Of a DNA stretch of 64,000 nucleotides, positions 50,061 through 58,507 are shown piece after piece. Source of the stretch: a virus (lineage: Duplodnaviria; Caudoviricetes); IMG/VR virus record IMGVR_UViG_2974784921_000001, positions 4,060 to 68,059 of that record; one strand, given 5' to 3'. A program made the translations under genes and the position numbers. Every line of letters starts with the position of its first letter. Position 1 is the first letter of the stretch. The notes below the pieces were generated by a model that saw only the letters and a program-made list of their open reading frames with translations, was not told the DNA's origin and did not search any database.

Positions 50061-50282
50061 GATACCTGCAAATTCTTTAAGACTGGAGATAGTAACTACC
50101 TTGGCTTTAGTCTTGGTTAGCATATCTTCATTAGCTTTTAAGTAATCAACAATACTTGCTGGACTACTCTGCTTATCTAATTCTTCAGCTATAGTCATTA
50201 AACGTTCTGCTGTTTCTTTATTACCAGAGGTATTTAGACCTTTGGCTAACATTCTAAGCTGTGCTGTAATACTCAATTTCAT
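50055..50282 (-). CDS. Hypothetical protein
   Basis: Starts at GAAGGGTAACCAATG. Confidence 0.6.
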   Translation of the reverse strand: MKLSITAQLRMLAKGLNTSGNKETAERLMTIAEELDKQSSPASIVDYLKANEDMLTKTKAKVVTISSLKEFAGIK

Positions 50283-50285
50283 TGG

Positions 50286-50633
50286 TTACCCTTCTAATTG
50301 GTTAAGAAGAACGTAGGTTTTACCTACAGTCATGATGTCATAGTTATTGGCTCGGAGTCTGGAGATAGCACTAACCACATTAGGTCGTTTCTTACCTAGC
50401 TCCCTAGCAAGCTCTGTGGCAGTCATTGGCTTGATACGTAGGCATTTTATTATCATAGGTTGAATGTACGTATCACACTGCTTATGACCTTTATATTGAT
50501 GGGTGTCCTTGCTATCTCCTTTGTAATACCTTATCTTTACATACCCTTCCAAGGTGTCATGCACTTGTCTAGAGTTACGATTAGATGTTCCTAGCCAAAT
50601 ACGAGGGTAGGCATGTTCTAATTTGAAATCCAT
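50286..50633 (-). CDS. Winged-HTH DNA-binding protein
   Basis: PMTATELARELGKKRPNVVSAISRLR; AAGGAGG SD. Confidence 0.7.
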   Translation of the reverse strand: MDFKLEHAYPRIWLGTSNRNSRQVHDTLEGYVKIRYYKGDSKDTHQYKGHKQCDTYIQPMIIKCLRIKPMTATELARELGKKRPNVVSAISRLRANNYDIMTVGKTYVLLNQLEG

Positions 50634-50821
50634 TTACCCTCCTTGGGTATGATAAAAAGAAAAAACCATTAACCGAAGAGAGCCATGAAATGCAACAAAT
50701 GAACTAATGGACAAGCTCTATAAATTGGTTAATGGTGTGAAAATTGTGAAGTCTTCTATATAGGATAGAAGCATAAAGATGAGTATGACTATGAGGATAT
50801 CAGTGAGTGTTATGTGGATAC

Positions 50822-50956
50822 TTACTCCTTACTTTTTGAATTAGGAAAAATAGAGGTTATCAATCCTGCTATTAATCCAAGCCAGATAAAAGCTATAAAT
50901 CCTACGCCAAAAACAATGAAACTGTATGTAGCGAATTTAAAAGCGAACTCAAGCAT
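50822..50956 (-). CDS. 44 aa membrane peptide (not in ORF track)
   Basis: MLEFAFKFATYSFIVFGVGFIAFIWLGLIAGLITSIFPNSKSKE, directly after the upstream stop. Confidence 0.55.
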   Translation of the reverse strand: MLEFAFKFATYSFIVFGVGFIAFIWLGLIAGLITSIFPNSKSKE

Positions 50957-50959
50957 ACC

Positions 50960-51622
50960 CTACCCTTTACCATTCACATCATTAAGCAACTTTCTGTATC
51001 CGGTTTTGTGTACGACTCGAAGCCACATAGCTCTAGTTCCATCTGCATCTTTAAACTGCTCAAATGATTTGCAGTGCTGCTTTCCCTGTCCCCACTCACA
51101 ATACAAATCATAAGCCGCTTCAAGCTCCATCTCACGCTCTGTTACCTCAATGCGGCGGTGTATATTTTCATGAACATGTGCATAACTAAAATCACCTTCA
51201 GTCTCAATTTGCACGTAATGCTCATCACCATCGAATGAGAATAAATCACCACGCTCAAACTCTTCCTTTAGGTCAAAGAGATAATCCGTTACCTTCTCAT
51301 AGCGGTATGTTGGCTTGGTTTCTTCAATAGCATCCAGTACTTCTTTCTCTTCAGGGGTTTCTGTCAGGATTGTGTGAGTGTTCATTTGACTTTCTGCTCT
51401 GTTATAGCTTTCATCTGATACGTAAGATAAAGAACCGTAACCACTAACTGAGTAACCGACAAGTTGAGCTAGTTGCTCTTGGTATTTGTAATCGATTTTA
51501 TTCTCAGCACAATAGACAGCTATCGCGTTCATGTTACTTACTTCTGTACATAGCCAATCAACTATTGGATTAGCTTCAAATCTACCGTTACTTATTGGTT
51601 GCATTGGGTATTCTGTACTCAT
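50960..51622 (-). CDS. Hypothetical protein (possibly a multi-domain mosaic)
   Basis: AAGGA SD; RFEANPIV...QLAQLVGYSVSGY N-terminal part. Confidence 0.7.
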   Translation of the reverse strand: MSTEYPMQPISNGRFEANPIVDWLCTEVSNMNAIAVYCAENKIDYKYQEQLAQLVGYSVSGYGSLSYVSDESYNRAESQMNTHTILTETPEEKEVLDAIEETKPTYRYEKVTDYLFDLKEEFERGDLFSFDGDEHYVQIETEGDFSYAHVHENIHRRIEVTEREMELEAAYDLYCEWGQGKQHCKSFEQFKDADGTRAMWLRVVHKTGYRKLLNDVNGKG

Positions 51623-51672
51623 CTCTCTATTCCTTATTTTTAAGTAAAATAACTAAAACCCATTTACGCTTA

Positions 51673-51915
51673 CTATCGATGGTCTTTACATAACAGCTTT
51701 CCATCTTTAGAAGCTAGCCATTCTCGTTTTCGTTCATTTATTTCTTGAACAATTTCTTCTCTGGTTTTAACTTCACCCTTTTTATTTCTGTTATACGGAT
51801 TAAGGGTTTGATAGAACTTTTTCGTTTCTTGGGTTTTCTTTTTGCAACCCTCAACGCAACATTCTTGCTTGATAACACCTTTAGTTGAAACTTCTTGGAA
51901 CGTGTATGTAACCAT
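51673..51915 (-). CDS. Hypothetical protein with Cys motifs
   Basis: CCVEGC...FYQTLNPYN...CKDH. Confidence 0.65.
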   Translation of the reverse strand: MVTYTFQEVSTKGVIKQECCVEGCKKKTQETKKFYQTLNPYNRNKKGEVKTREEIVQEINERKREWLASKDGKLLCKDHR

Positions 51916-51955
51916 TTCTCTATTCCTTATTTGTTTATTTATTAACGCTTTGGCA

Positions 51956-52084
51956 CTATAGCACCGTTAAAAAGTGTCCTTGTATAGACCCACCGATGAA
52001 CACACCGAACAGGAATGAACTAATTGCCACGGCTAATACTTCCAAAGCTATTCTATTTGGCATAGATGTCCTTTTGTCACTCAT
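51956..52084 (-). CDS. 42 aa membrane peptide (not in ORF track)
   Basis: AAGGAG SD, ATGA overlap; ...SFLFGVFIGGSIQG. Confidence 0.55.
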   Translation of the reverse strand: MSDKRTSMPNRIALEVLAVAISSFLFGVFIGGSIQGHFLTVL

Positions 52085-52209
52085 ATAGCAACTCCTTGTA
52101 ATAGACCGTTAAGTAATATCCCACCTAAGAATACTCCTAGTGAGATACAGATGATGATAACCACATACTCAAACACAGTAACAATGGTTAACAGTATGGC
52201 TCTAAGCAT
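52081..52209 (-). CDS. 42 aa membrane peptide (not in ORF track)
   Basis: GAGG SD; ...ISLGVFLGGILLNGLLQG. Confidence 0.55.
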   Translation of the reverse strand: MLRAILLTIVTVFEYVVIIICISLGVFLGGILLNGLLQGVAI

Positions 52210-52224
52210 GTGGTTACCTCTCAG

Positions 52225-52764
52225 TTAAAGTTGCTTAATAGCTTCTACGATACGAGCTGCACTGATATCTTCAGGTAGTAGCATATGGTTAATTACTACC
52301 ACATCATTACCTTCCATAGAGATGATGGTTAGCTCATCTTCATCACGTACCTTCATACGCTCAACAGGGATAAGACGTACTTTAGGGACAACCATGTGAG
52401 AACCACTATCAGGACGCAATGCAATGCACATATGGTCTTGTTTAGGAATATCACACCCAAATATCCATGTACCGTTGTAACCTTTAATACGGTACAACTG
52501 AGGAGCTTCTTCAGGTGTTTCTTGTACTTCTTCCTGACAGCTATTTAGGTAAGCAATGAGGTCTTTAGTAGACCAATCACGTAGTTTTTCTACTCTTCCT
52601 ACAGCAACTAGTACTTCACTAAGACCAGCAGGCATAAAACTCACCTCAGATGTATCTAGGTGCTTTACTAAAGGAATTGTGTGATAACCTAAAGTAGCAA
52701 TATTTCGAATGGTTTCTTCATTTTTACGGATTAGTTCTAGTTGTTTTTCTGTTGCTTTTAGCAT
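52225..52764 (-). CDS. Hypothetical protein
   Basis: Starts at AAAGGAAAACCAATG. Confidence 0.7.
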   Translation of the reverse strand: MLKATEKQLELIRKNEETIRNIATLGYHTIPLVKHLDTSEVSFMPAGLSEVLVAVGRVEKLRDWSTKDLIAYLNSCQEEVQETPEEAPQLYRIKGYNGTWIFGCDIPKQDHMCIALRPDSGSHMVVPKVRLIPVERMKVRDEDELTIISMEGNDVVVINHMLLPEDISAARIVEAIKQL

Positions 52765-52793
52765 TGGTTTTCCTTTAATGGTTTATTGATTTA

Positions 52794-52817
52794 TCATAAG
52801 AGATGCCGAAGGCATCT
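52794..52817 (-). promoter_or_regulatory. Template-strand triloop hairpin, candidate promoter
   Basis: TC-N5-AGATGCC-GAA-GGCATCT between divergent genes, so not a terminator position. Confidence 0.6.
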
Positions 52818-52832
52818 ATTGGAGATACACTA

Positions 52833-53294
52833 ATGAAACATTTATTAGCATTATTAGAATATGAAGAAAGCTACAGAGAGAAAGCTTATTACTGTAGTGC
52901 CGGTTACCCTACCATTGGTATCGGTAAGAAGATTGGTCCTAAAGCAGCTCCTCTGCACTTCTATCAGTTCACTTGTTCAAAAGAGCTAGCTTACCTCTGG
53001 TTAGACGAGGAAGTAGCTAAGGTTCAACTACAGCTCGTTAAATACGACTGGTATAACAAGCAGTCTGATGATCGTAAAACCATCCTTATCAGCATGGCTT
53101 ATCAAATGGGTGTAGAAGGCTTACTAAAGTTCCGTAAGATGATTGCTGCTCTTAAAGCAGGGAACTTCTATGAGGCTCGTATGCAGGCTTTAGATAGCAA
53201 ATGGTATCGTGATACTCCCCTACGAGCTAAACGTCATGCACAGGTCTTAGAGACTGGTGATTTGCTTATCACTTATAACGGATTACTGGGGTAG
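52833..53294 (+). CDS. Endolysin, GH24 (T4-like) lysozyme
   Basis: EESYREKAYYCSAGYPTIGIG, MAYQMG, FRKM, DSKWYRDTPLRAKR; GGAG SD. Confidence 0.92.
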   Translation: MKHLLALLEYEESYREKAYYCSAGYPTIGIGKKIGPKAAPLHFYQFTCSKELAYLWLDEEVAKVQLQLVKYDWYNKQSDDRKTILISMAYQMGVEGLLKFRKMIAALKAGNFYEARMQALDSKWYRDTPLRAKRHAQVLETGDLLITYNGLLG

Positions 53295-53297
53295 ATT

Positions 53298-53684
53298 ATG
53301 TTTCAGCTTATTGCTTCATTTTTTACAGGGATTCTGTCCTCTAACAAAGCAGCAGACACTGCATTGGATTACCTACGTAAAGCAGGTGACTTAGATGATA
53401 TGAATGGTAAGGAACGTGCTCAGTGGCTCCTAGACTATGTGCAGGCTACCAAGCATCAATCTCCTGTACGCAGATTCTTAGCCATCGTGGTTACTATGTT
53501 GTGGGCATTCCTAATACTGTCTTGGGCAGGTTTATGCTTTGTAGGGAATATCTTTGATGTAGAAGGAGCTGTGAATACAGCAGGGTTGTACTTCACTATG
53601 TTGAAGGAAGTGAGTCCTTATTTTGCAGGTGTTATGGCTTTCTATTTTACTAGCCAGATTATCAATTCAGCCAAGTCTAAATAG
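53298..53684 (+). CDS. Holin-like membrane protein
   Basis: Two to three hydrophobic helices, directly after the endolysin. Confidence 0.7.
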   Translation: MFQLIASFFTGILSSNKAADTALDYLRKAGDLDDMNGKERAQWLLDYVQATKHQSPVRRFLAIVVTMLWAFLILSWAGLCFVGNIFDVEGAVNTAGLYFTMLKEVSPYFAGVMAFYFTSQIINSAKSK

Positions 53685-53973
53685 ACTTACGGATATCCTC
53701 TACTTCGGTAGGGGATAACTCTCTTCCTTTTAATATTATTTCAAACTCGCTCCAACACGGCAAATCTACTATTAAACCACTTACATCTTTTAACCATTTA
53801 AATGAAGTATTTAGGTATTTACCAAAGACAATAACAGGTGTTCCATCTTCTATATCCTCATCTAAAACAACCGACAATGGTTTATCCATAACTAGATTAT
53901 TTAGAGTAGCAAAATCTACTGCATCTTTTTCTCTAGGATTTAATTTAATTATTGCTCGGTAGTACTTTGCCAT
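53677..53973 (-). CDS. Small paralog family member (EFEIILKGRE)
   Basis: YRAIIKL, DKPLSVVL, NTSFKW. Confidence 0.7.
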   Translation of the reverse strand: MAKYYRAIIKLNPREKDAVDFATLNNLVMDKPLSVVLDEDIEDGTPVIVFGKYLNTSFKWLKDVSGLIVDLPCWSEFEIILKGRELSPTEVEDIRKSI

Positions 53974-54244
53974 GAAGTAGTTCTCCTAATTCTATTGTAT
54001 CTAATTCCTTACCTTTTAGTATTATTTCAAATTCATCATAGGCGTGATTTAATGCAAGAGCTGTTACATTATCAGGCCATTTAAAATTAGTATTTTCTGC
54101 TTTATTTATGTAGTGGTCTCCTTCTTGATATTTTTCAACTATTAGAGTTATTGGCTTAGTAATCTCTAAATCATTTATTTTTATAAAAGCCTGTACATCT
54201 TTAGACTTAGACTTTAACTTAACTATTGCTTTAAAGTAACGCAT
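53945..54244 (-). CDS. Small paralog family member (EFEIILKGKE)
   Basis: FKAIVKL, TKPITLIV, NTNFKW. Confidence 0.7.
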   Translation of the reverse strand: MRYFKAIVKLKSKSKDVQAFIKINDLEITKPITLIVEKYQEGDHYINKAENTNFKWPDNVTALALNHAYDEFEIILKGKELDTIELGELLHGKVLPSNN

Positions 54245-54455
54245 ACACATCCTCTATGGTTAATCCATATTCACTTAAACTATCTGAGATAAGTTTATGG
54301 GATTCTCTCTTGGCTTCTAACTGACACAAGTAACCATACCTAGAATAGATAATTACTACTCCTGTAGTCATATCTTGCTCTAGATAACTAATTAAACTAG
54401 GTAATGATTCCTTGGTTACTTTGATTTGTTTATTATTATATTTAATTGTTTTCAT
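54231..54455 (-). CDS. Hypothetical protein (not a family member)
   Basis: Overlapping ORF within the array. Confidence 0.55.
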   Translation of the reverse strand: MKTIKYNNKQIKVTKESLPSLISYLEQDMTTGVVIIYSRYGYLCQLEAKRESHKLISDSLSEYGLTIEDVYALL

Positions 54456-54702
54456 TCTTATATGGTTTCTCCATAATGATTGTAAATTCTTTTGAATACA
54501 GCCATTCCATACTCACATAGTTTGTTTCTGATAAGTTTATTTTAACAATACTATCTAATTGGTTTGGTGGTTTTACTGTAAATGTGTTATCAGTCTTTCT
54601 TCCAGTTACTGTTATAGGTTTTCTTAAATTATGAAAATCCAATACCATTACATCTGGCCCAAAGTGACTTGGCTCAAGTTGGATTAGGTATTTCTTCAAC
54701 AT
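54442..54702 (-). CDS. Small paralog family member (FTIIMEKP)
   Basis: MLKKYLIQLEPS, NLRKPITV. Confidence 0.7.
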   Translation of the reverse strand: MLKKYLIQLEPSHFGPDVMVLDFHNLRKPITVTGRKTDNTFTVKPPNQLDSIVKINLSETNYVSMEWLYSKEFTIIMEKPYKNENN

Positions 54703-54940
54703 ACTCTTTCTCCATGATGAGTGTGTATTCACGAGGATACAATGTTTCTATTGGTGCAGAATCTACTTTAATAATTAAAGCTAAATTATCAGTTTCTTCT
54801 GCTAGGAATTTTAAACATAACTCTCCACCAGCTATCATACCTAATACTGTAATAGGTTTACGTAGATTCATTAGGTCAATAACTTGGATATCCTTAGCAA
54901 ACTTACTTGGTTCCAGTTGAATTAGGTATCTCTTTAACAT
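54674..54940 (-). CDS. Small paralog family member (YTLIMEKE)
   Basis: MLKRYLIQLEPS, NLRKPITV. Confidence 0.7.
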   Translation of the reverse strand: MLKRYLIQLEPSKFAKDIQVIDLMNLRKPITVLGMIAGGELCLKFLAEETDNLALIIKVDSAPIETLYPREYTLIMEKEYVEEIPNPT

Positions 54941-55196
54941 AGTGTTTCCTTAGAATGATATCGAAGTGATTTAGTGAGAAACATGCAATAGGTCTCCCAT
55001 CTTCTTTATGGATAAATGGACTAGTGTGTTTATCCTTTAGGAATATATCATCCCATACATCTGTATGTCCTTTTAAGGTGTATGTTTTATCCAGTTCGTT
55101 ATTAGGTATTACGTTATAGTCACATGCATGTGAAGTGTCATATAAGACCCAATCAGGTTTAAGCTTACACACTATTACTTCTAGGTTTTCATTCAT
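54903..55196 (-). CDS. Small paralog family member (FDIILRKH)
   Basis: C-terminal family motif. Confidence 0.6.
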   Translation of the reverse strand: MNENLEVIVCKLKPDWVLYDTSHACDYNVIPNNELDKTYTLKGHTDVWDDIFLKDKHTSPFIHKEDGRPIACFSLNHFDIILRKHYVKEIPNSTGTK

Positions 55197-55467
55197 GATG
55201 GTTAATACACTCCTCTTCTGTATCGAATACTAATTCCCTTCCAGATAGTCCTGTATCCTCTCCTAAGCGTATTGCTAGACTAACGAAGGCATTATCCTCA
55301 CCTTTGATTAACATGTGTCCTGCACACTGTAGGTGAGTCTTCTTGCGGCATACAAAGGATTCTTGGTTAAGTATTTCTTGCATACGTTCCTTACCTAACC
55401 ATCCCTTCATAGTATCTTTCCTGAATGGACAGTCCTTACAGGGTTTCTTTACATTAGGTAGGCTCAC
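55189..55467 (-). CDS. Cys-rich protein (DUF6283-like)
   Basis: PCKDCPFRKD...GWLG...FVC...CAG. Confidence 0.65.
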   Translation of the reverse strand: MSLPNVKKPCKDCPFRKDTMKGWLGKERMQEILNQESFVCRKKTHLQCAGHMLIKGEDNAFVSLAIRLGEDTGLSGRELVFDTEEECINHHE

Positions 55468-55696
55468 TAGGTATCTCCTTTATTAAGATAATGTCAAAGT
55501 ATCTACTGCTTATGGCTCCTTCTATTAACCAATCCAGTTCTTTGTTGTTTTTATGTAATAACCATTTATAGCTATTCTCTGAATTATATGAAGGTTTATT
55601 AAGAGTTACTTTGATTTGACGTACAGGTACTGTCTTTAGTCTTTTACGTACATGGGTACAATCTTTGAGTACAATTACTGCTTTGAATAGTTTCAC
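55454..55696 (-). CDS. Small paralog family member (FDIILIKE)
   Basis: FKAVIVL, VPVRQIKVTL, NNKELDW. Confidence 0.7.
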   Translation of the reverse strand: MKLFKAVIVLKDCTHVRKRLKTVPVRQIKVTLNKPSYNSENSYKWLLHKNNKELDWLIEGAISSRYFDIILIKEIPSEPT

Positions 55697-55926
55697 TTAA
55701 TCTCCTTTTCTATAATTACAGTAAAGTCGTGACTAGTTATACCCACACTATTCTTTTTATTTTTCCAAGGCAATTTATGATTTTCTTTTGTAAATATAAT
55801 CCTATTTTTGCTATGTTCTGAATATGCGCTTAATACTACTTTTACTGGTTTACTAGGTACTGGGTCTAACTTTGATTTTACAAATTTATTATCTTTAAAT
55901 AATATTAAAGCATTATATAGTTTCAC
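55693..55926 (-). CDS. Small paralog family member (FTVIIEKE)
   Basis: YNALILF, VPSKPVKVVL, ENHKLPW. Confidence 0.7.
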   Translation of the reverse strand: MKLYNALILFKDNKFVKSKLDPVPSKPVKVVLSAYSEHSKNRIIFTKENHKLPWKNKKNSVGITSHDFTVIIEKEIK

Positions 55927-55928
55927 TA

Positions 55929-56138
55929 TTACTCCTTAGTCATTACCAGTGTGAAATCCCAACCTTCTATTAAAGCAACTCCTCCAGTCATTTTTGTTTC
56001 TTCCCAATCTAACTGAGGATTATCTTCAAAGTACACAACAGCTTTACCATTTATTGGTTCACCTAGTGTTACCATTATTGCTTTATCAGGAATGGTTAAT
56101 AACTCAGGATTACTATGAATTTTGATTAGTGCTTTCAT
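55929..56138 (-). CDS. Small paralog family member (FTLVMTKE)
   Basis: MKALIKI, IPDKAIMVTL, DNPQLDW. Confidence 0.7.
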   Translation of the reverse strand: MKALIKIHSNPELLTIPDKAIMVTLGEPINGKAVVYFEDNPQLDWEETKMTGGVALIEGWDFTLVMTKE

Positions 56139-56371
56139 TAATCCTCCTTAGTTAGTATCACAATGAATTCAGGTGCAAGAGAATTACTAACACTCATGTC
56201 ATTACTAAGACAACCAAAGTGATAAAAGTCAAATTTATGGTTATTAGTCTTAACTATGTCACCACATTTATCTAATTTAACAAGTATTTTACTATCTGTG
56301 GTTAGGTTATTTAATTCTAAGAATTTTTTAGAGTCAGGTGTATTATCTGTAATAGTAACCAGTGCTTTCAT
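56138..56371 (-). CDS. Small paralog family member (FIVILTKED)
   Basis: MKALVTI, NNHKFDF. Confidence 0.7.
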   Translation of the reverse strand: MKALVTITDNTPDSKKFLELNNLTTDSKILVKLDKCGDIVKTNNHKFDFYHFGCLSNDMSVSNSLAPEFIVILTKED

Positions 56372-56607
56372 TACCCCTCCTTAATTAGAATAATATCAAA
56401 ATCCCTACCTTGAAAAAGTAACGCTCTATTTTCACTTTTCCAAGCTAGCTCACTATTATTTCTTCTTGATACTATGTAATTATCTGATATATAACCTATA
56501 TATAAAATAACTTTTACTGGTTCACTGGGAATAATAGATAATTTTCTTTTTACTTCTCTAGATTTTTTAAATTTAATTACCCCTTTATATTTTTTACAGA
56601 TTTCCAT
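56371..56607 (-). CDS. Small paralog family member (FDIILIKEG)
   Basis: YKGVIKF, IPSEPVKVIL, NNSELAW. Confidence 0.7.
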   Translation of the reverse strand: MEICKKYKGVIKFKKSREVKRKLSIIPSEPVKVILYIGYISDNYIVSRRNNSELAWKSENRALLFQGRDFDIILIKEG

Positions 56608-56822
56608 TACTTCTCCTTAATCAAGATGATATCGAAGTCACGATCACTTAGTAATATATATCCCATTCCCCATGGTAAGTGGTTATTATGTTCCTCTTTT
56701 AACCACATATCCTCAAGGTCAAATTCATCTTGTGATAAAGTAACTAATACTGGTTCATCAGGAATTACTTTTAATCTATCTTTGGTTGTGGATGTATCCT
56801 TAATCTGAACTAAAGCTTTCAT
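56607..56822 (-). CDS. Small paralog family member (FDIILIKEK)
   Basis: MKALVQI, IPDEPVLVTL, NNHLPW. Confidence 0.7.
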   Translation of the reverse strand: MKALVQIKDTSTTKDRLKVIPDEPVLVTLSQDEFDLEDMWLKEEHNNHLPWGMGYILLSDRDFDIILIKEK

Positions 56823-56837
56823 TCACCTAAGCTCCTT

Positions 56838-56883
56838 AAAAAAATAAACTCAATCAAGATGCCGTAGGCATCTCAACTGAGTA
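56838..56883 (-). promoter_or_regulatory. Hairpin after RNAP2: terminator and/or triloop promoter
   Basis: AGATGCC-GTA-GGCATCT inside an extended ACTCA/TGAGT stem, with a minus-strand T run and TC at the conserved spacing. Confidence 0.55.
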
Positions 56884-56889
56884 TGTATT

Positions 56890-58101
56890 TTATCTTAAGC
56901 AGTAGTTAGCTTGGCGAATCAATGAAGGTAGTTCTTCATGTCCTGCCATCTTAGTGTATGTTCCATTGGTTCTACTGAAGTCACGTAGCATACGTTGGAA
57001 TAGGTTAGATTCTGCAATCTCTGCAAGTATCTCACGGTAGTACCAACGTACTTCATTACCGTACTGAGGTAGAGCAGTAAACGCATCATGGATAGTCACT
57101 AGCTCGAATGATGGCTTATCCAATACACCATCAATAATCTTAGCCAGTAGAGCACCTTGGTTATCAGTGATGTCTTCACCTTCTAACACTCGTTGAGCCA
57201 GTGCAATAGATACTGGTTCTGTTGGGTCAGTGAGCTTACAACCTTGCAGTGCTGAATCCACTAGCATTAGCTCATCCTTGTTATGTTTTGCACGTCTACG
57301 CATCTCACGTACCACATAAGCATCGGTGATGTGAGCACCCTTAGAACCTAGTGCTCTGAATCCATCATCCCACTGAACTACATCATACACATGGCTCATA
57401 GAGCTTGGCTTACCAGAGGCTGTAGGAATCTCGTCAATGACAACCTTCTTACTCACTTGAGTAATCACCTTAGTATTAGTGTAATGACCGTCAGGCATTG
57501 TTGTAGCGTATTCTACAATACCTTCCTGCACACATCCTGCCAGTGATGCCAATGCATCTTCACCACCCGGACACATTTGCTTACATGCTTTGTAGAATGC
57601 CACTAGCTGTGCAGTACCCTTACCAAATACCTGTTCTGGTTGCTTAGTAGACTGATAATAGTGAGTCATAAATGGAGTCTTTAGATCTTGACGTTGTAAC
57701 CCTTCAGGTGAGTAACCAATGTGCTTGTCTTCTGGTAGGTATTTGTTCATGTAACCCATGAGTGCTGTATACACATCACATCGTTTGTTTGGGTCAACCA
57801 TACCTACTTGTGAAGCTGTTTGTACGCAGCCTGTAAGAGCTGCAAACATCTGTAGACCTGAAGCTGTAGCATCTAACTCAATACGGTGGTTAGTGTAACC
57901 AGTCTTAGCTGCTTTACGTAGAGCCATCAGAGACTTCATATACAGTGCAGGTTCATCAGCTTCATGAACCAGTTTATCTAGGTTTTTACTGTTCTCTTTA
58001 ACCCATTCAATTGCTTCATCGAATGTACCTTTGTCATTACCAAATGTTGTAGCTAGGTCAATCATTAGGTATTCCATTGGGGAGTAAGTAGATATGTTCA
58101 T
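56890..58101 (-). CDS. RNA polymerase II subunit 2 (N4 gp16-like)
   Basis: YLMIDLA...DK, motif A LDATASGLQ, motif B RQDLKTPFMTHYY, motif C TIHDAF. Confidence 0.93.
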   Translation of the reverse strand: MNISTYSPMEYLMIDLATTFGNDKGTFDEAIEWVKENSKNLDKLVHEADEPALYMKSLMALRKAAKTGYTNHRIELDATASGLQMFAALTGCVQTASQVGMVDPNKRCDVYTALMGYMNKYLPEDKHIGYSPEGLQRQDLKTPFMTHYYQSTKQPEQVFGKGTAQLVAFYKACKQMCPGGEDALASLAGCVQEGIVEYATTMPDGHYTNTKVITQVSKKVVIDEIPTASGKPSSMSHVYDVVQWDDGFRALGSKGAHITDAYVVREMRRRAKHNKDELMLVDSALQGCKLTDPTEPVSIALAQRVLEGEDITDNQGALLAKIIDGVLDKPSFELVTIHDAFTALPQYGNEVRWYYREILAEIAESNLFQRMLRDFSRTNGTYTKMAGHEELPSLIRQANYCLR

Positions 58102-58122
58102 GTTTGTTTCCTTTGGTTTATT

Positions 58123-58317
58123 TTATTTTTCTAGGATTATGTTTAGGCATTCTTTATGTATAGAAAGAGTAGATAAGCTGTCAATACAATGATTTAAGTC
58201 ATAACCCCTAAATACTCTGGGTTGGTTATATGGCTTAAATAAGTCTTTATACTTTCGCCCTACATAACGATTTTCAAACTTTTCCTCATTAATTGTTGCT
58301 AATATTTTCCTACTCAT
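58123..58317 (-). CDS. Small paralog, IDS subfamily (LNIILEK)
   Basis: KILATINEE, QPRVF, IDSLS. Confidence 0.7.
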   Translation of the reverse strand: MSRKILATINEEKFENRYVGRKYKDLFKPYNQPRVFRGYDLNHCIDSLSTLSIHKECLNIILEK

Positions 58318-58507
58318 CAGGTTTCTCCACAATTATATCTAACCAGTAAGATAGAATGTCTTGTCCAGTTAATGAATCTATTTTAGTGTATTTTGATCCA
58401 GTAAATAATCTAACTTTATCCGGTTGCCATAACTCTATAAACTCATCATCAACAGGTATACTAGAATTATTAATCCTATCCATGTTTAACTTAGCTAGTA
58501 CTTTCAT
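58310..58507 (-). CDS. Small paralog, IDS subfamily (LDIIVEKP)
   Basis: KVLAKL, VRLFTG, IDSLTG. Confidence 0.7.
   Translation of the reverse strand: MKVLAKLNMDRINNSSIPVDDEFIELWQPDKVRLFTGSKYTKIDSLTGQDILSYWLDIIVEKPDE

Noticed and set aside
50814-51113. Plus-strand ORFs 50814-51113, 47853-48053, 63463-63699 and 63560-63811
   Set aside because: Antisense to better-supported minus-strand genes or spanning terminators and promoters; no convincing SD.
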